A stretch of DNA of 64,000 nucleotides from Thermoplasmata archaeon (GCA_041489255.1 JBGPQV010000001.1:224001-288000); one strand, 5' to 3'. Positions 30,033 to 39,849 are shown, numbered from the stretch's first letter. A program made the numbers and translations. Notes: generated by a model from the sequence alone, not told the origin.

Positions 30033-31286
30033 TTAGCGACCGCCCCGCCATCTTCCTCTGTGCTGGCCCCCGCCCCTTTCACGCCCACGCCCGTGGTATC
30101 CCGGCCCTGGCCCTCCCCGCCCACCGCCCCTCGCCCGCGGCGGCGGTTCAGCCCGGTAATTGAAGTCCGGGAAGGTGATCCGCGGGATGGACTGCCCGAG
30201 TATCTGTTCGATTCCCCGGAAGTCATTCTCCTCCTCCGGCGCGATTAGAGTCATCGCCTCGCCCTCAGCATCCGCCCGGGCCGTGCGCCCGACTCGGTGC
30301 ACGTAGTCAATTGCCACCGTGGGGACGTCGTAGTTGATTACGTGCGTGATGCCGAGTACGTCGATGCCGCGAGCCGCCACGTCAGTCGCGATGAGCACCT
30401 GGTGGCGGCCATCCCGGAACCCGCCGAGCGCCGCCTCCCGCTGGCTCTGACTCCGATCCCCGTGGATCCTCGCCACGGCGAAGCCTGCCTGCTCGACTTG
30501 ACGCGAGACGCGATCCGCGCGGCGCTTCGTCCTGACGAAAACGAGAACGGACAACATGTCCTCCCGACCGAGCAGGCGCACCAGCAGTTGAGTCTTCAGA
30601 TGCTGTGGCACCGGATACGACTCGTGGCGGATCGTGGTGGGCGGGCGATGAGGCGGGGAGACCGAGATGCGGACTGGATTCCGGAGGATGCTCCGAGCAA
30701 GTCCTTCGACCTCGGGGGACATCGTCGCGGAGAACAGCAGGGTCTGGCGGTCCTTCGGGAGCGCACCAATGATGCGCCGAACGTCTGGGAGAAAGCCCAT
30801 ATCGAGCATCCGATCAGCCTCGTCGAGGACGAGAACCTGAAGGTTCCGGAAGTCCACATTGCGGCGCTCCATGTGGTCGAGGAGCCGCCCGGGCGTGGCG
30901 ACGACGACGTCGACCCCGCCGCGAAGCGCATCTTGCTGTGGACCCATTCCAACACCGCCATAGACAGCCTTCCCTCGGACCTTCCCTCCTCGACCAAGGT
31001 CATGCAGCGCCTTATCGATCTGCGCTGCGAGCTCGCGCGTCGGTGTAAGGACGAGCACGCGGGTCTTTCCAGGTGGCTGGCGGTGGAGTCGCTGGAGGAT
31101 CGGCAGAAGAAAGGCAGCCGTCTTCCCGGAACCTGTCTGCGCAGTCCCGATCACATCTCGCCCCGCAAGCAAGACCGGAATCCCTTCGCGTTGGATCGGC
31201 GTCGGAGACTCATAGCCAAGGGCTTGAATGGCTCGAAGCAGGATTGGGTCCAAGCCCAGCTGTTCGAATGTCTTGGGTTGTTCCAT
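30033..31286 (-). CDS. DEAD-box RNA helicase (RhlE-like) with RGG tail
   Basis: Q motif, AQTGSGKT, PTRELA, TPGR, DEAD, SAT, ARGID, HRVGRTAR. Confidence 0.95.
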   Translation of the reverse strand: MEQPKTFEQLGLDPILLRAIQALGYESPTPIQREGIPVLLAGRDVIGTAQTGSGKTAAFLLPILQRLHRQPPGKTRVLVLTPTRELAAQIDKALHDLGRGGKVRGKAVYGGVGMGPQQDALRGGVDVVVATPGRLLDHMERRNVDFRNLQVLVLDEADRMLDMGFLPDVRRIIGALPKDRQTLLFSATMSPEVEGLARSILRNPVRISVSPPHRPPTTIRHESYPVPQHLKTQLLVRLLGREDMLSVLVFVRTKRRADRVSRQVEQAGFAVARIHGDRSQSQREAALGGFRDGRHQVLIATDVAARGIDVLGITHVINYDVPTVAIDYVHRVGRTARADAEGEAMTLIAPEEENDFRGIEQILGQSIPRITFPDFNYRAEPPPRARGGGRGGPGPGYHGRGRERGGGQHRGRWRGGR

Positions 31287-31339
31287 GCACTCTGTAAGGC
31301 GTTAGGCTCATAAGGATTACTTGACCGCCAGAACGATAG

Positions 31340-31412
31340 TGGACCGGGTGGGATTTGAACCCACGGCCTCTACCATGCCAAGATAGCGATCTTCCAGCTG
31401 ATCTACCGGCCC
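31340..31412 (-). tRNA. tRNA-Ala(GGC)
   Basis: GGGCCGG...CTATC-TTGGCAT-GGTAG...GTGGGTTCAAATCCCAC-CCGGTCC-A cloverleaf, G3:U70, CCA not encoded. Confidence 0.96.
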
Positions 31413-31438
31413 GCGGGCGGTTCCTATCATACCAGTCC

Positions 31439-32926
31439 TTAAATACGTTTCTTCGAGGTCTTCTTCCGCGGTCTGGCGAGTTTGGGCGGCTCCTCCGCGA
31501 ACTCCTCCAGCGGCTTCTCGAGCCTGACCCTCTCGCCGGGAATCTTCACGGGATATTCCCCGGTCAAACAGCCGAGGCACAAGTCCTCCCGCGCCTGCCG
31601 CAACGACCTTATCATTCCCTGAATGGAGATGTAACCGAGCGTGTCGGCGGTGATGTACTTGGTAATTTCAGGCACCGTCTTCTTGTTCGCAATGAACTGG
31701 TCCCTCGTCTTCATGTCGATGCCGAGGTAGCATGGTGCCTTGATTGGCGGGCAACCGATCCTCAGATGGATCTCCTTCGCCCCGGCTTCCCTGATGATCT
31801 GCACGATCTTGCGAATCGTGGTGCCTCTGACGATGCTGTCATCCACCAGGACAACCCTCTTGCCCTTGATTGCGGAGCGCACGGGGTTCAGCTTGAGCAG
31901 CACCCCGATTTCCCTCTCCGATTGATCCGGCATGATGAACGTCCGCTCGATGTACCTGTTCTTGATGAGGCCCTCGACAAGCGGCAGGTCGGAGGCCCTG
32001 CTGTAGCCCTGCGCCTGCGCCCTCCCCGATTCAGGCACCGGCATGACTATGTCGGCCTTCACCGGATGCTCCTTCGCCAGCTGCTCCCCGACCTTGACGC
32101 GCGCGTCATAGACCAGCCTGCCATCGACGAGGCTGTCCGGACGGGCAAAGTAGAGCCACTCGAACATGCAGTGGGCGGTATGGGTCGGATGCGGAAGGCG
32201 CCAGCTCTCGAACCCCTCTTTCGTCAACTCCACGATTTCCCCTGGCTTCACGTCTCTCAGGAACCTCATCCCGAGTGTGTCGAACACGACGCTCTCAGAC
32301 GCAATCATCCTCAAGCCGTTCCCCCGGCCTATGCACAGCGGTCTCACCGCCAACGGGTCGCGCAACCCGAAGACGCGTTCCCCGATCATGATCACCAGGC
32401 TGTACGAGCCGACCAGCTTCTTCGTGAATTCGCGGAGGGCGCGGATGACGTCCCCCGTCGAGGCGATCTCGTTCGCGAGAAGACGAACGATGACCTCCGA
32501 GTCGCTCGAAGTCATGAACGCCCAGCCCCTCTTCTGCAACTCCTTTCTGAGCGCATCAGAGTTGACTATGTCGCCGTTGTGCGCGAGCGCGATCCCGCCG
32601 TACTCGGTGGTGCAACTTATCGGCTGCGCGTTCTCTATGGCGCTCGATCCCGTCGTGCTGTACCTGACGTGGCCCATGCCTGCGGTCCCGCCAAGGTCCT
32701 GCAGATCCTCCTTCGAAAACACCTCATGGGCGAGCCCCATTCCCTTCTTGACCTTGATCTCGCCATCGAAAACGGCGATGCCGGCGCTCTCCTGGCCCCT
32801 GTGCTGGACAATCCTCAAGGCGTAGTAGATGTCAGTCGCGACCGGGGAGTTCCCCACGGCCCCAATCACGCCGCACTTGTCCCGGGGCTTGAGTTCCTTG
32901 TACCCGTTTTCTCCGCCACTTCTCAT
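31439..32926 (-). CDS. purF: Amidophosphoribosyltransferase
   Basis: propeptide then CG, QHRGQESAG, GHVRYSTTG, HNG, VDDSIVRGTT, Fe-S cysteines. Confidence 0.97.
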   Translation of the reverse strand: MRSGGENGYKELKPRDKCGVIGAVGNSPVATDIYYALRIVQHRGQESAGIAVFDGEIKVKKGMGLAHEVFSKEDLQDLGGTAGMGHVRYSTTGSSAIENAQPISCTTEYGGIALAHNGDIVNSDALRKELQKRGWAFMTSSDSEVIVRLLANEIASTGDVIRALREFTKKLVGSYSLVIMIGERVFGLRDPLAVRPLCIGRGNGLRMIASESVVFDTLGMRFLRDVKPGEIVELTKEGFESWRLPHPTHTAHCMFEWLYFARPDSLVDGRLVYDARVKVGEQLAKEHPVKADIVMPVPESGRAQAQGYSRASDLPLVEGLIKNRYIERTFIMPDQSEREIGVLLKLNPVRSAIKGKRVVLVDDSIVRGTTIRKIVQIIREAGAKEIHLRIGCPPIKAPCYLGIDMKTRDQFIANKKTVPEITKYITADTLGYISIQGMIRSLRQAREDLCLGCLTGEYPVKIPGERVRLEKPLEEFAEEPPKLARPRKKTSKKRI

Positions 32927-32927
32927 C

Positions 32928-33095
32928 CTAGTGCCTCTTGGCCCAGCTGAAACTCCGCAGTTTCTTCGATCTCCCATATCCGCAGGACGCGCAGTAACCT
33001 TTCTTGACGTGATAGCTGTGCCTGCCGCAGCGCCTGCATCGAATGTGCGTCTTCTTGACGCCCATCTTTCCGAGAGAAGCTGTGCCTTTGGTCAT
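32928..33095 (-). CDS. rpl37e: 50S ribosomal protein eL37 (not in ORF track)
   Basis: [55 protein letters not shown]; follows LSm as usual in archaea. Confidence 0.97.
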   Translation of the reverse strand: MTKGTASLGKMGVKKTHIRCRRCGRHSYHVKKGYCASCGYGRSKKLRSFSWAKRH

Positions 33096-33106
33096 CTAGG
33101 CCGACC

Positions 33107-33322
33107 TCAGGGGCTGATATAGATAACGTTGTCGCCTCGGACGACGGCAAGCTCGACCTTCCTCATGGTCTCGTTGTCCATCAACTCCTCGGCGTTCCTC
33201 AGGACAAGGTTCATGTGCGGATCGAAACCTTCTAGAATCCCCCTGTAGCCACGCCCTCCTTTCAGCTCCACCAGGATGCTGGTGTTTATGTGCTGATTAA
33301 GCAAAGAAAGCGGCTTAATCAT
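33107..33322 (-). CDS. Sm-like archaeal protein (LSm/SmAP)
   Basis: VELKGG...GFDPHMNLVL, VVRGDNVIYISP. Confidence 0.95.
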   Translation of the reverse strand: MIKPLSLLNQHINTSILVELKGGRGYRGILEGFDPHMNLVLRNAEELMDNETMRKVELAVVRGDNVIYISP

Positions 33323-33415
33323 GTTCTCGTGGATGAGAAGCCCGTGCACTACTTAAAGGTTTACTGGAGTGAGTTCGACTCGGACGGCGATGCTCACCGG
33401 TCATTGCTCGGGATC

Positions 33416-34006
33416 TCAGACCTTCGATACCGCTTCGGTCAGATCCTCAATTGTCTTCTTTCCCAGCGTCTCCTCGATTATTCTGAGTCCGAGCGTCTTG
33501 AAGGCAATATCGACGTTCTCGCCCGTCTTCGCGCTGGTGAGCACCTCGTCTGCATCGTGCTCCCCGGCGAAGCGCGCGAGCTTGTCCGAGAGCCTTTTGA
33601 TGCTGTTCGGCGGGATGAGGTCGAGCTTGTTCGCGGCGACCATCACGGGCACTTTCCCCACCACATTCCCCGCGGCTTTTATCCATGTGGCCAAGGACTC
33701 CAGCGTCTCCTCCCTCGTCAAGTCGCAGACGGCCACCACCCCGCTCGCTCCGTTGAAGTACGACTCTTTGATCACCCCGATGAGGTCCTTCTCTCCCATG
33801 ATGTCCCATAGAGTCATCAGGAAATCGACCTTCCCGCCCCCAGAGACATCGAGTACCATTCGCTTCTTCGTGACCTTCGTTCCCATGGTTGAAATGTACT
33901 CGTCGCCGAATTGGTCAAGCACATAGCGGCGGATGAGGGAGGTCTTGCCCACCCCGGAGTCGCCAACCATGCAGAGCTTCGCCCTGAATAGCGATGGTAT
34001 TTGCAC
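33416..34006 (-). CDS. Rab/Ras-like small GTPase
   Basis: G1 GDSGVGKTS, G2 YISTMG, G3 WDIMG, G4 NKLD, G5 SAK. Confidence 0.92.
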   Translation of the reverse strand: MQIPSLFRAKLCMVGDSGVGKTSLIRRYVLDQFGDEYISTMGTKVTKKRMVLDVSGGGKVDFLMTLWDIMGEKDLIGVIKESYFNGASGVVAVCDLTREETLESLATWIKAAGNVVGKVPVMVAANKLDLIPPNSIKRLSDKLARFAGEHDADEVLTSAKTGENVDIAFKTLGLRIIEETLGKKTIEDLTEAVSKV

Positions 34007-34146
34007 TATATCGTGTCCTGGCCTTGGCGAGCGCGGGGGGATGAGATAAACCTCCCCTCATCATTCTCATCCGCGATATCCATCTAGCCGACCGAGGCCT
34101 CCGCTGGAGGATACGGGTCGACTCGGCTTTGAGCCGGGCAGTCACT

Positions 34147-35238
34147 CTACGCGATGATCTTGCCCTTCTCCACTATCCTCTTGCCCTCCACGTCGAGTGT
34201 GGCATTGCTCAGGGTCCCGCCGAACTCGTAGTCACTCTGGACCTTCCCGCCAAGCTCCCGGTTCTCGCCGATGCCAACGGAGATGGTCCCTGCGGCCAGA
34301 TAGGCATGCAGGAAAGATGGCTTCGCCTTGGGATTGATGCCTATTCCAATCGAGCTGAGCAAATCCTTCCCGCCAGTCGCGACGTCATAGAATGCCTTCG
34401 TCGCCTCCACATTCTTCCTCGCCGCGAACTCAACGAGATGTCCGTCCTTGAATGTCCATGACATCCCCTGTATCAGCAGCCCCACCTGAGGCGTCGCCAC
34501 GTCGAAGATCACTCTGCCGTTCGCGCTGGTCTCGTCCACAGTCGTGGCGACCTCCCCGGCCGGCAGGTTCGCGAACCTGGAGTCCTTCGCAATGTCTTCG
34601 TCGTCGATTATCCCGTCGTAGATGTGAACCCGCCGCGAGTCGAGACGGAAGGCAAGGTCGGTGCCGTTCGGAGCGGTCAGGTGCGCGTCACCCGTTCCGG
34701 ACAGATAGCCCGCCAGGTACTTCCCCTTCTTCTGCAGTTCCGCATACTTCACCGATAGCGCGTCAGTGACATTCTTCTTCCAGGCGGCAAAGGAGAACCC
34801 GTACGTCTTGGCCCTCTCCAGCGTGACCTGGCCCAACGCAAGGTGGACGGACCTGCTTGTCTTCTTCTGCAGCGCCGCCTCGTAGTGCCCCTGCTCGCCC
34901 TGGAACATCGCCGCGAACCTTTCTTTGGGGATCTTCTTCATCGGCGCCGGGTCCTTCGGTCCCCCAAGGCTGATGTAGGCCGTCACATAGTCGTTCAGAC
35001 CGAGGCAGTGCTTCGAGGTCTTCCTGAGCTGCTCGATGGTCAGGTGCTTGAACTGCCCGTAGAACCACTCGTCCGTCTCCAGCTGGATAAACGGATCCGC
35101 CCCGACCTTGTAGCACTCGATCGCGAGCTGGTCCGCCAGGTCCATGGTGTGCGGATACGTTGTTATGATTACCGGCTCGTCCTCCTTCAGACGGAGGCAC
35201 TCCCTGACTACACTCTGCGCGATATTCGCCACTGTCAT
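34147..35238 (-). CDS. Peptidase M29 (AmpS/AmpT)-like protein, degenerate metal site
   Basis: NGTDL, NLPAGEV, ANG...D, IGIG.N; downstream E/H ligands substituted. Confidence 0.8.
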   Translation of the reverse strand: MTVANIAQSVVRECLRLKEDEPVIITTYPHTMDLADQLAIECYKVGADPFIQLETDEWFYGQFKHLTIEQLRKTSKHCLGLNDYVTAYISLGGPKDPAPMKKIPKERFAAMFQGEQGHYEAALQKKTSRSVHLALGQVTLERAKTYGFSFAAWKKNVTDALSVKYAELQKKGKYLAGYLSGTGDAHLTAPNGTDLAFRLDSRRVHIYDGIIDDEDIAKDSRFANLPAGEVATTVDETSANGRVIFDVATPQVGLLIQGMSWTFKDGHLVEFAARKNVEATKAFYDVATGGKDLLSSIGIGINPKAKPSFLHAYLAAGTISVGIGENRELGGKVQSDYEFGGTLSNATLDVEGKRIVEKGKIIA

Positions 35239-35345
35239 CGCGCCTTCAGGGGGTAATGACGGTCGAATACAAGAAAGCGATGCGAGGCCCAAGCTGGAGA
35301 TGGTTCTCAGATGGCCCCGCTATCCAGTGACAATCTAGGCTCGCC

Positions 35346-36476
35346 CTACTCCAGGACGACTATCTTCCGCTTCGCGCACATGTCCTTGAGTATCTTCGGC
35401 CAGACTGTGACGCTGACCTCGCCGAGGTGAGCCTTCTTGAGGATGGCCATGTACGTGCGCGACTGGCCTATCCCGGACCCTACGCTGAGCGGGATTTCGC
35501 CGTTCATGATCGCCTTGTGGTACGGGTAGTTCAGGAAATGCATCTGGTTAGTGAGCGCGAGCTGCTGTTTCAGGGTCTGGGGCGTCACCCGGATGCCACC
35601 GGACATGAGCTCGTGCCTGCGCTTGGTCACCTGGTTCCAGACGAGGATGTCGCCGTTGAGGCCGTGCATCGGCTTGCCGTCCTTGGACTTGGTCTCGGTC
35701 ACCCAGTCGTCGTAGTCGGCCGCCCTCATCTCGTGCGGATAGCCGTCCTTCAGAGTCCACCCGATGCCGTATATGAAGACGCCCGGGTACTTCTGGAGGA
35801 TCGCTGTCTCCCTCTGTTTGCGCGGCAGATCGGGGAACATGTCCAGGATTTCCTCGGCGTGGATGAACTTGAGCTTCTCCGGAAGGTCCGGCCACTTCTT
35901 CGACTTCAGCTGCGGGAACTTCTTCTGGATTTGGGTCTCGGCGCCCTTGATGGCCTTCCAGATCTTCTCCACCGTTTTGGTCAGGTAGTCAAGGCTCCTG
36001 TCCTCGGCTGTGATCGCCTTCTCCCAGTCCCACTGATCCACATAGGCGCTGTGGTCGTGGTCCAGGAAGTAGTCCTTGCGCACCGCCTTCATGTCCGTGA
36101 GTATCCCCTCGCCCGGCTTGCACCCGAACTGCTTCAGTGCCATGCGCTTCCACTTCGTCGCCGCTTGGACAACCTGCGCGTCGACCGGGTGCTTGTTGTA
36201 GTCGTTGTTTATGTGGAACTGGACTGGCGTTCGCGATCCGTCGCGGTCCAGGAGGTCATTGACTCCGCTCTCGACGTCGACGATGAGGGGGACCTGGACC
36301 ATGTAAAGGTTCAGCTCCTTACACATCGTCTTCTCGATGAAACTCTTCGCCTCGAAAAGAGCCAGCATCGTCTCTTTGGGTGTCAGAAGCGGCTCGTAGT
36401 CGTTCGGAAGTATCTTCTCCAGCTCCTCGTAGTTCCCAATGCCTGGCCCGGCCAAGTCAGCTTTCTTGTCGGTCAT
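35346..36476 (-). CDS. asnA: Aspartate--ammonia ligase
   Basis: KWKR, DMKAVRKD, HSAYVDQWDWEK, RAADYDDW, LNGDILVW, GIGQSR. Confidence 0.93.
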   Translation of the reverse strand: MTDKKADLAGPGIGNYEELEKILPNDYEPLLTPKETMLALFEAKSFIEKTMCKELNLYMVQVPLIVDVESGVNDLLDRDGSRTPVQFHINNDYNKHPVDAQVVQAATKWKRMALKQFGCKPGEGILTDMKAVRKDYFLDHDHSAYVDQWDWEKAITAEDRSLDYLTKTVEKIWKAIKGAETQIQKKFPQLKSKKWPDLPEKLKFIHAEEILDMFPDLPRKQRETAILQKYPGVFIYGIGWTLKDGYPHEMRAADYDDWVTETKSKDGKPMHGLNGDILVWNQVTKRRHELMSGGIRVTPQTLKQQLALTNQMHFLNYPYHKAIMNGEIPLSVGSGIGQSRTYMAILKKAHLGEVSVTVWPKILKDMCAKRKIVVLE

Positions 36477-36618
36477 GCCGAATCCCATCTGTCCGAACCT
36501 TATCTCCTATATAGAACCGCCGAATTTGGCTGTGCTGGGGACGTCATCTCATGGAGGCAGTTGTCTGCCTCAAGGTCTAAGCGAATTGACAGTCTTTGAC
36601 AAGCATGGCAGGGAGTCT

Positions 36619-37308
36619 CTATCTCCTGATGTCAGCGAATAACCTGCCATCGCGGATCTCCACGATCCTGTCCGTCTCTTCAGCAATCCTTCGGTTGTGC
36701 GTGACTATCACGAAGGTCGTGCCCAGCCTCTTGTTGATGTCCCTGAAGAGCTTGTACACGTTCTCCGAGGATTCGGAGTCCAAGTTCCCGGTCGGCTCGT
36801 CTGCGAGGATTATCTTCGGGTTGTTGATCAGTGACCTGGCTATCGCGGTCCTCTGCTGCTGACCTCCCGACATCTTCGTGGCGGGGTTGTTCTTGACTTT
36901 GGACAGACCGACCAGGTCCAGCAGTTTCTCAGCCCTCAAGCGTACTTTGTCGGGAGGCCTGGTGTCGTTGATCCAGTATGGCATCAGCACGTTCTCATAA
37001 GCGGTGAACTCTGGCAACAGGTAATGGAACTGGAAGACGAAACCTATCGTCTGGTTCCTCAACCTCGCCAACTCGTTCTTCTTCATCTTGGCGGTTGTCC
37101 TGCCGTCGACGACGACCTCGCCCTTCGTCGGCCTGTCGAGCGAGCCGATTATATTCATCAACGTGGACTTCCCGCTCCCCGATTGACCGATTATCGAGTT
37201 GAACGAACCCTCCTCGAACGCGAGGTTGACGTCGAAAAGCACCTGCGTCTTGATGTCGCCATTGGTGTAGACCTTGTCCACATGCCTCAGCTCGATGATG
37301 TCAGCCAC
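36619..37308 (-). CDS. ABC transporter ATP-binding protein (LolD/MacB type)
   Basis: GQSGSGKST, IGFVFQ, MSGGQQQR, ADEPTGNLD, VTHN. Confidence 0.93.
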   Translation of the reverse strand: MADIIELRHVDKVYTNGDIKTQVLFDVNLAFEEGSFNSIIGQSGSGKSTLMNIIGSLDRPTKGEVVVDGRTTAKMKKNELARLRNQTIGFVFQFHYLLPEFTAYENVLMPYWINDTRPPDKVRLRAEKLLDLVGLSKVKNNPATKMSGGQQQRTAIARSLINNPKIILADEPTGNLDSESSENVYKLFRDINKRLGTTFVIVTHNRRIAEETDRIVEIRDGRLFADIRR

Positions 37309-38455
37309 TTCGGATCACCTCGATTGGACTGAGCCTGGATGATCGACGCGCGGGGAGCACAGCCGCGAAAATCGCCGCCAATATCGCAACAATCCCCGAG
37401 GCCGCGATGAACGCATAATCGATATGAATCGTAATCAGCGATGAGCCGTCCGGATTGGCGGTTCCAATCGAGAAGCCGTAAAGCAGGAAGAGGCCGAGGA
37501 GCACACCCCCGATCGCCCCGCCGATTCCAAGGAATAGTCCCTCAAAGAGGAAAACCATGCTCGCGGCTCTGTCCGTGATGCCCATGGCCTTGAGTATTCC
37601 CAGCTGGCGGGACTTCTGGACCACCTTGATTGCGAGGACGCTCGCGATGGCGATGACTACCGAGACGAGGACGAAGAGCTGGATCATGTAGCTGGAGATG
37701 CTCTGGCCCTGGAGCCCGCTCAGGAGTTGCTGGTTCTGCGTCTTCCAGTCGAGAACCTTCACCGAGCTGTCGGAGATTGCGGCTTCGATGTCCACCGCGG
37801 CCTTGTCGGCCTTGAAGATGTCTTTCACCTGAATCTCTATGGAGGTGACATTGTTCCCGAAGCCGAAGATGCTCTGCGCCGTGGGCAAGTTCGTGAGAAT
37901 CCATGCGCGGTTGATTGACGCGACCTTCAGGTCGTAGAATCCGGTGATTGTCACCGCGAACCTGCTCGCATTGGCGGTAATCACGTCGAACGTGTCAGAT
38001 AGCTGGAGATTCAGGTCATTCTTGAGTTCCTTTCCAACTAAGACCCCCATCGACGTCTGGGGAAATGAGCCTTCGTAGAGAGCTTCATCCAGCCGGTAGA
38101 TGCCGTTGGCGTCCTCGAAGTTGAAGCCCCTCACGACGACTGATGCTGTCCTGCCTGTTTTGTCAATGAAAGCCGCGGAATCGGCAGCGACGGAGACTGT
38201 TTTCACCGCGTCAACCCCCCGGATCCTCGTGACCATCGCATCCCATCCGTGAATGGTCGGGCTGCTGTCTGCGGGGACGACTGTCACCTGCGATGACCTG
38301 CCGACCGTCGAATCAACTAGGCTCGTTTGGAGACTTCCTATGAGGGAGCCCACGAAGACCTGAACGGCAACTCCCACGGCGATTCCCGTAATGATCAGAA
38401 TCGTCTGGCCCCTGCTCGACCTCAGAAATCGGAGGGCAATCTTCAGCGAAATCAT
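37301..38455 (-). CDS. FtsX-like (LolC/MacB type) ABC permease
   Basis: GIAVGVA TM1, large extracytoplasmic domain, LGILKAMG, PARR...LSPIEVIR. Confidence 0.9.
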   Translation of the reverse strand: MISLKIALRFLRSSRGQTILIITGIAVGVAVQVFVGSLIGSLQTSLVDSTVGRSSQVTVVPADSSPTIHGWDAMVTRIRGVDAVKTVSVAADSAAFIDKTGRTASVVVRGFNFEDANGIYRLDEALYEGSFPQTSMGVLVGKELKNDLNLQLSDTFDVITANASRFAVTITGFYDLKVASINRAWILTNLPTAQSIFGFGNNVTSIEIQVKDIFKADKAAVDIEAAISDSSVKVLDWKTQNQQLLSGLQGQSISSYMIQLFVLVSVVIAIASVLAIKVVQKSRQLGILKAMGITDRAASMVFLFEGLFLGIGGAIGGVLLGLFLLYGFSIGTANPDGSSLITIHIDYAFIAASGIVAILAAIFAAVLPARRSSRLSPIEVIRSG

Positions 38456-39108
38456 TTGTTCCCGCCTCCTCTCAGGTTCCTGATGTCATTGAACGTCTGC
38501 AGGAGCATGTCGGCGCCTATGCGCCTGTACTCATCGGGGTTCTTGCGGAAGGCGTTCCCGCCAACGATAATCTTCACGTCGCGGTGACCAGCTTCCTTGA
38601 TTCTCGCGATGGCCTTCTCGGCCGCCACGATGTTGTAGTAGTTTGACACGCTGATGGCCAGGTACTTCGGTTTGGCGTCAGCAACGGCAGCGACGATGTT
38701 CATCCCCGGCGTGTTGGCGCCCACAAATGTTGCATCGTACCCGCAGAGAGTGAAGAAGTCCGTGACCATTTTCGCCCCGAGCTCGTGAAACTCCTCAACC
38801 GGGCAGACAACGAGGACTTTCTCCCCCTTCTTCCCGCCATACTTCCCATCGCGTTCACGGATGACGTAGGGGTAGCAGCACTCGATAATCGTCCTGACGA
38901 TCGCGCTCTTCACATGCTCCTTCCAGACACATTTATCCGTGTCCTCGAAGGTGCAGGCGATGTTGTTCAAAGCGGGAGCCAGAATCTCATCGTAGAGCGT
39001 GACTACATCCAGTTCCCCCTTAGAGAGTCTGGAGATCACGAAATTCACGCATTTTTCCTTGTCCTCTTGGTCCAACAATGATACGAACTCGCGGTAGAGC
39101 GGGTGCAT
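38452..39108 (-). CDS. Stand-alone cobalamin-binding domain protein
   Basis: Four-helix cap (ILAPAL...EH) plus Rossmann EEFHELG, G.NTP, ISVS, IVGGNAF. Confidence 0.88.
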   Translation of the reverse strand: MHPLYREFVSLLDQEDKEKCVNFVISRLSKGELDVVTLYDEILAPALNNIACTFEDTDKCVWKEHVKSAIVRTIIECCYPYVIRERDGKYGGKKGEKVLVVCPVEEFHELGAKMVTDFFTLCGYDATFVGANTPGMNIVAAVADAKPKYLAISVSNYYNIVAAEKAIARIKEAGHRDVKIIVGGNAFRKNPDEYRRIGADMLLQTFNDIRNLRGGGNK

Positions 39109-39254
39109 GCACCACTCCTGAATCGACGATTGGGAATTCGCTGAGTCGATGCCTCGGTTGACTATATTGTTGTCGCTTTGAGAGCGCCGAGCGCTTGCAC
39201 GGGTCCCGGCAAGGTTTTTCTAGCTCTTGCAGGTCATGTCCATAGAGGGCATGG

Positions 39255-39689
39255 ATGAAACTCACGGAAATCATCGAGGCTTTCAACGAGAACCTCACCA
39301 AGGAATATGGCGCCATATTGCTGTATATTGAGTTGCGGAAGCTGCCCTTGATGGCTAGGAATGTGAAGACCGCCGCTCTGATCTCCAGCCTGGCAGAGGA
39401 CGAAATGCATCATGCGGAGATGCTTGCGGATAAAATCGCCAGCCTCGGCGGAAAATCAACCTGGCAGATAGCGCCATTCGAAAGAAAGTCCACAGTCAAG
39501 GAGACCCTGATACAAATAATCGAGAGCGAAGAACAAGCGATAGAAGACTACTCCAATCTGATTGACAGGCTGGCTGACCAGCCGAAACTCCGGGAGATGC
39601 TCATTGCGATTCTCGAGGACGAGAGACGCCATAAAGAAAGAACAGAGGATCTGTTGAAATCCGTCTCGGGACGCAAGACGAACCCATAG
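39255..39689 (+). CDS. Ferritin-like domain protein
   Basis: KE..AI..Y, DEMHH, E..AI..Y, DERRH di-iron pattern. Confidence 0.87.
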   Translation: MKLTEIIEAFNENLTKEYGAILLYIELRKLPLMARNVKTAALISSLAEDEMHHAEMLADKIASLGGKSTWQIAPFERKSTVKETLIQIIESEEQAIEDYSNLIDRLADQPKLREMLIAILEDERRHKERTEDLLKSVSGRKTNP

Positions 39690-39772
39690 CGATTCCATTC
39701 TCTTGATCGCACTCCAGACATTCCATCACCCCTGTTCAGCCTGGCTCATTGGCGCAATCATCTGGCGGGGTA

Positions 39773-39817
39773 TTCAGGTTTATCAGCATATTCTGATTTA
39801 TCAGAAGGATTTAAATC
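39773..39817 (+). promoter_or_regulatory. 9-bp-periodic operator plus TATA box upstream of hgcC-like/arsM
   Basis: TTCAGGTTT-ATCAGCATA-TTCTGATTT-ATCAGAAGG, including palindrome TTCTGAT-N2-ATCAGAA, followed by TTTAAA at 39810-39815. Confidence 0.6.
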
Positions 39818-39849
39818 AATGGAAATCCATGCTCTCCAGAGGCGTCTGA

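Noticed and set aside
34032-34045. attL copy of the tRNA-Leu 3' end bounding an island at 34-41 kb
   Set aside because: Similarity is limited to a low-complexity G-run plus ATG; no integrase
39109-39254. Cobalamin riboswitch upstream of the B12-binding operon
   Set aside because: No recognisable B12-box or conserved core in this short divergent intergenic region
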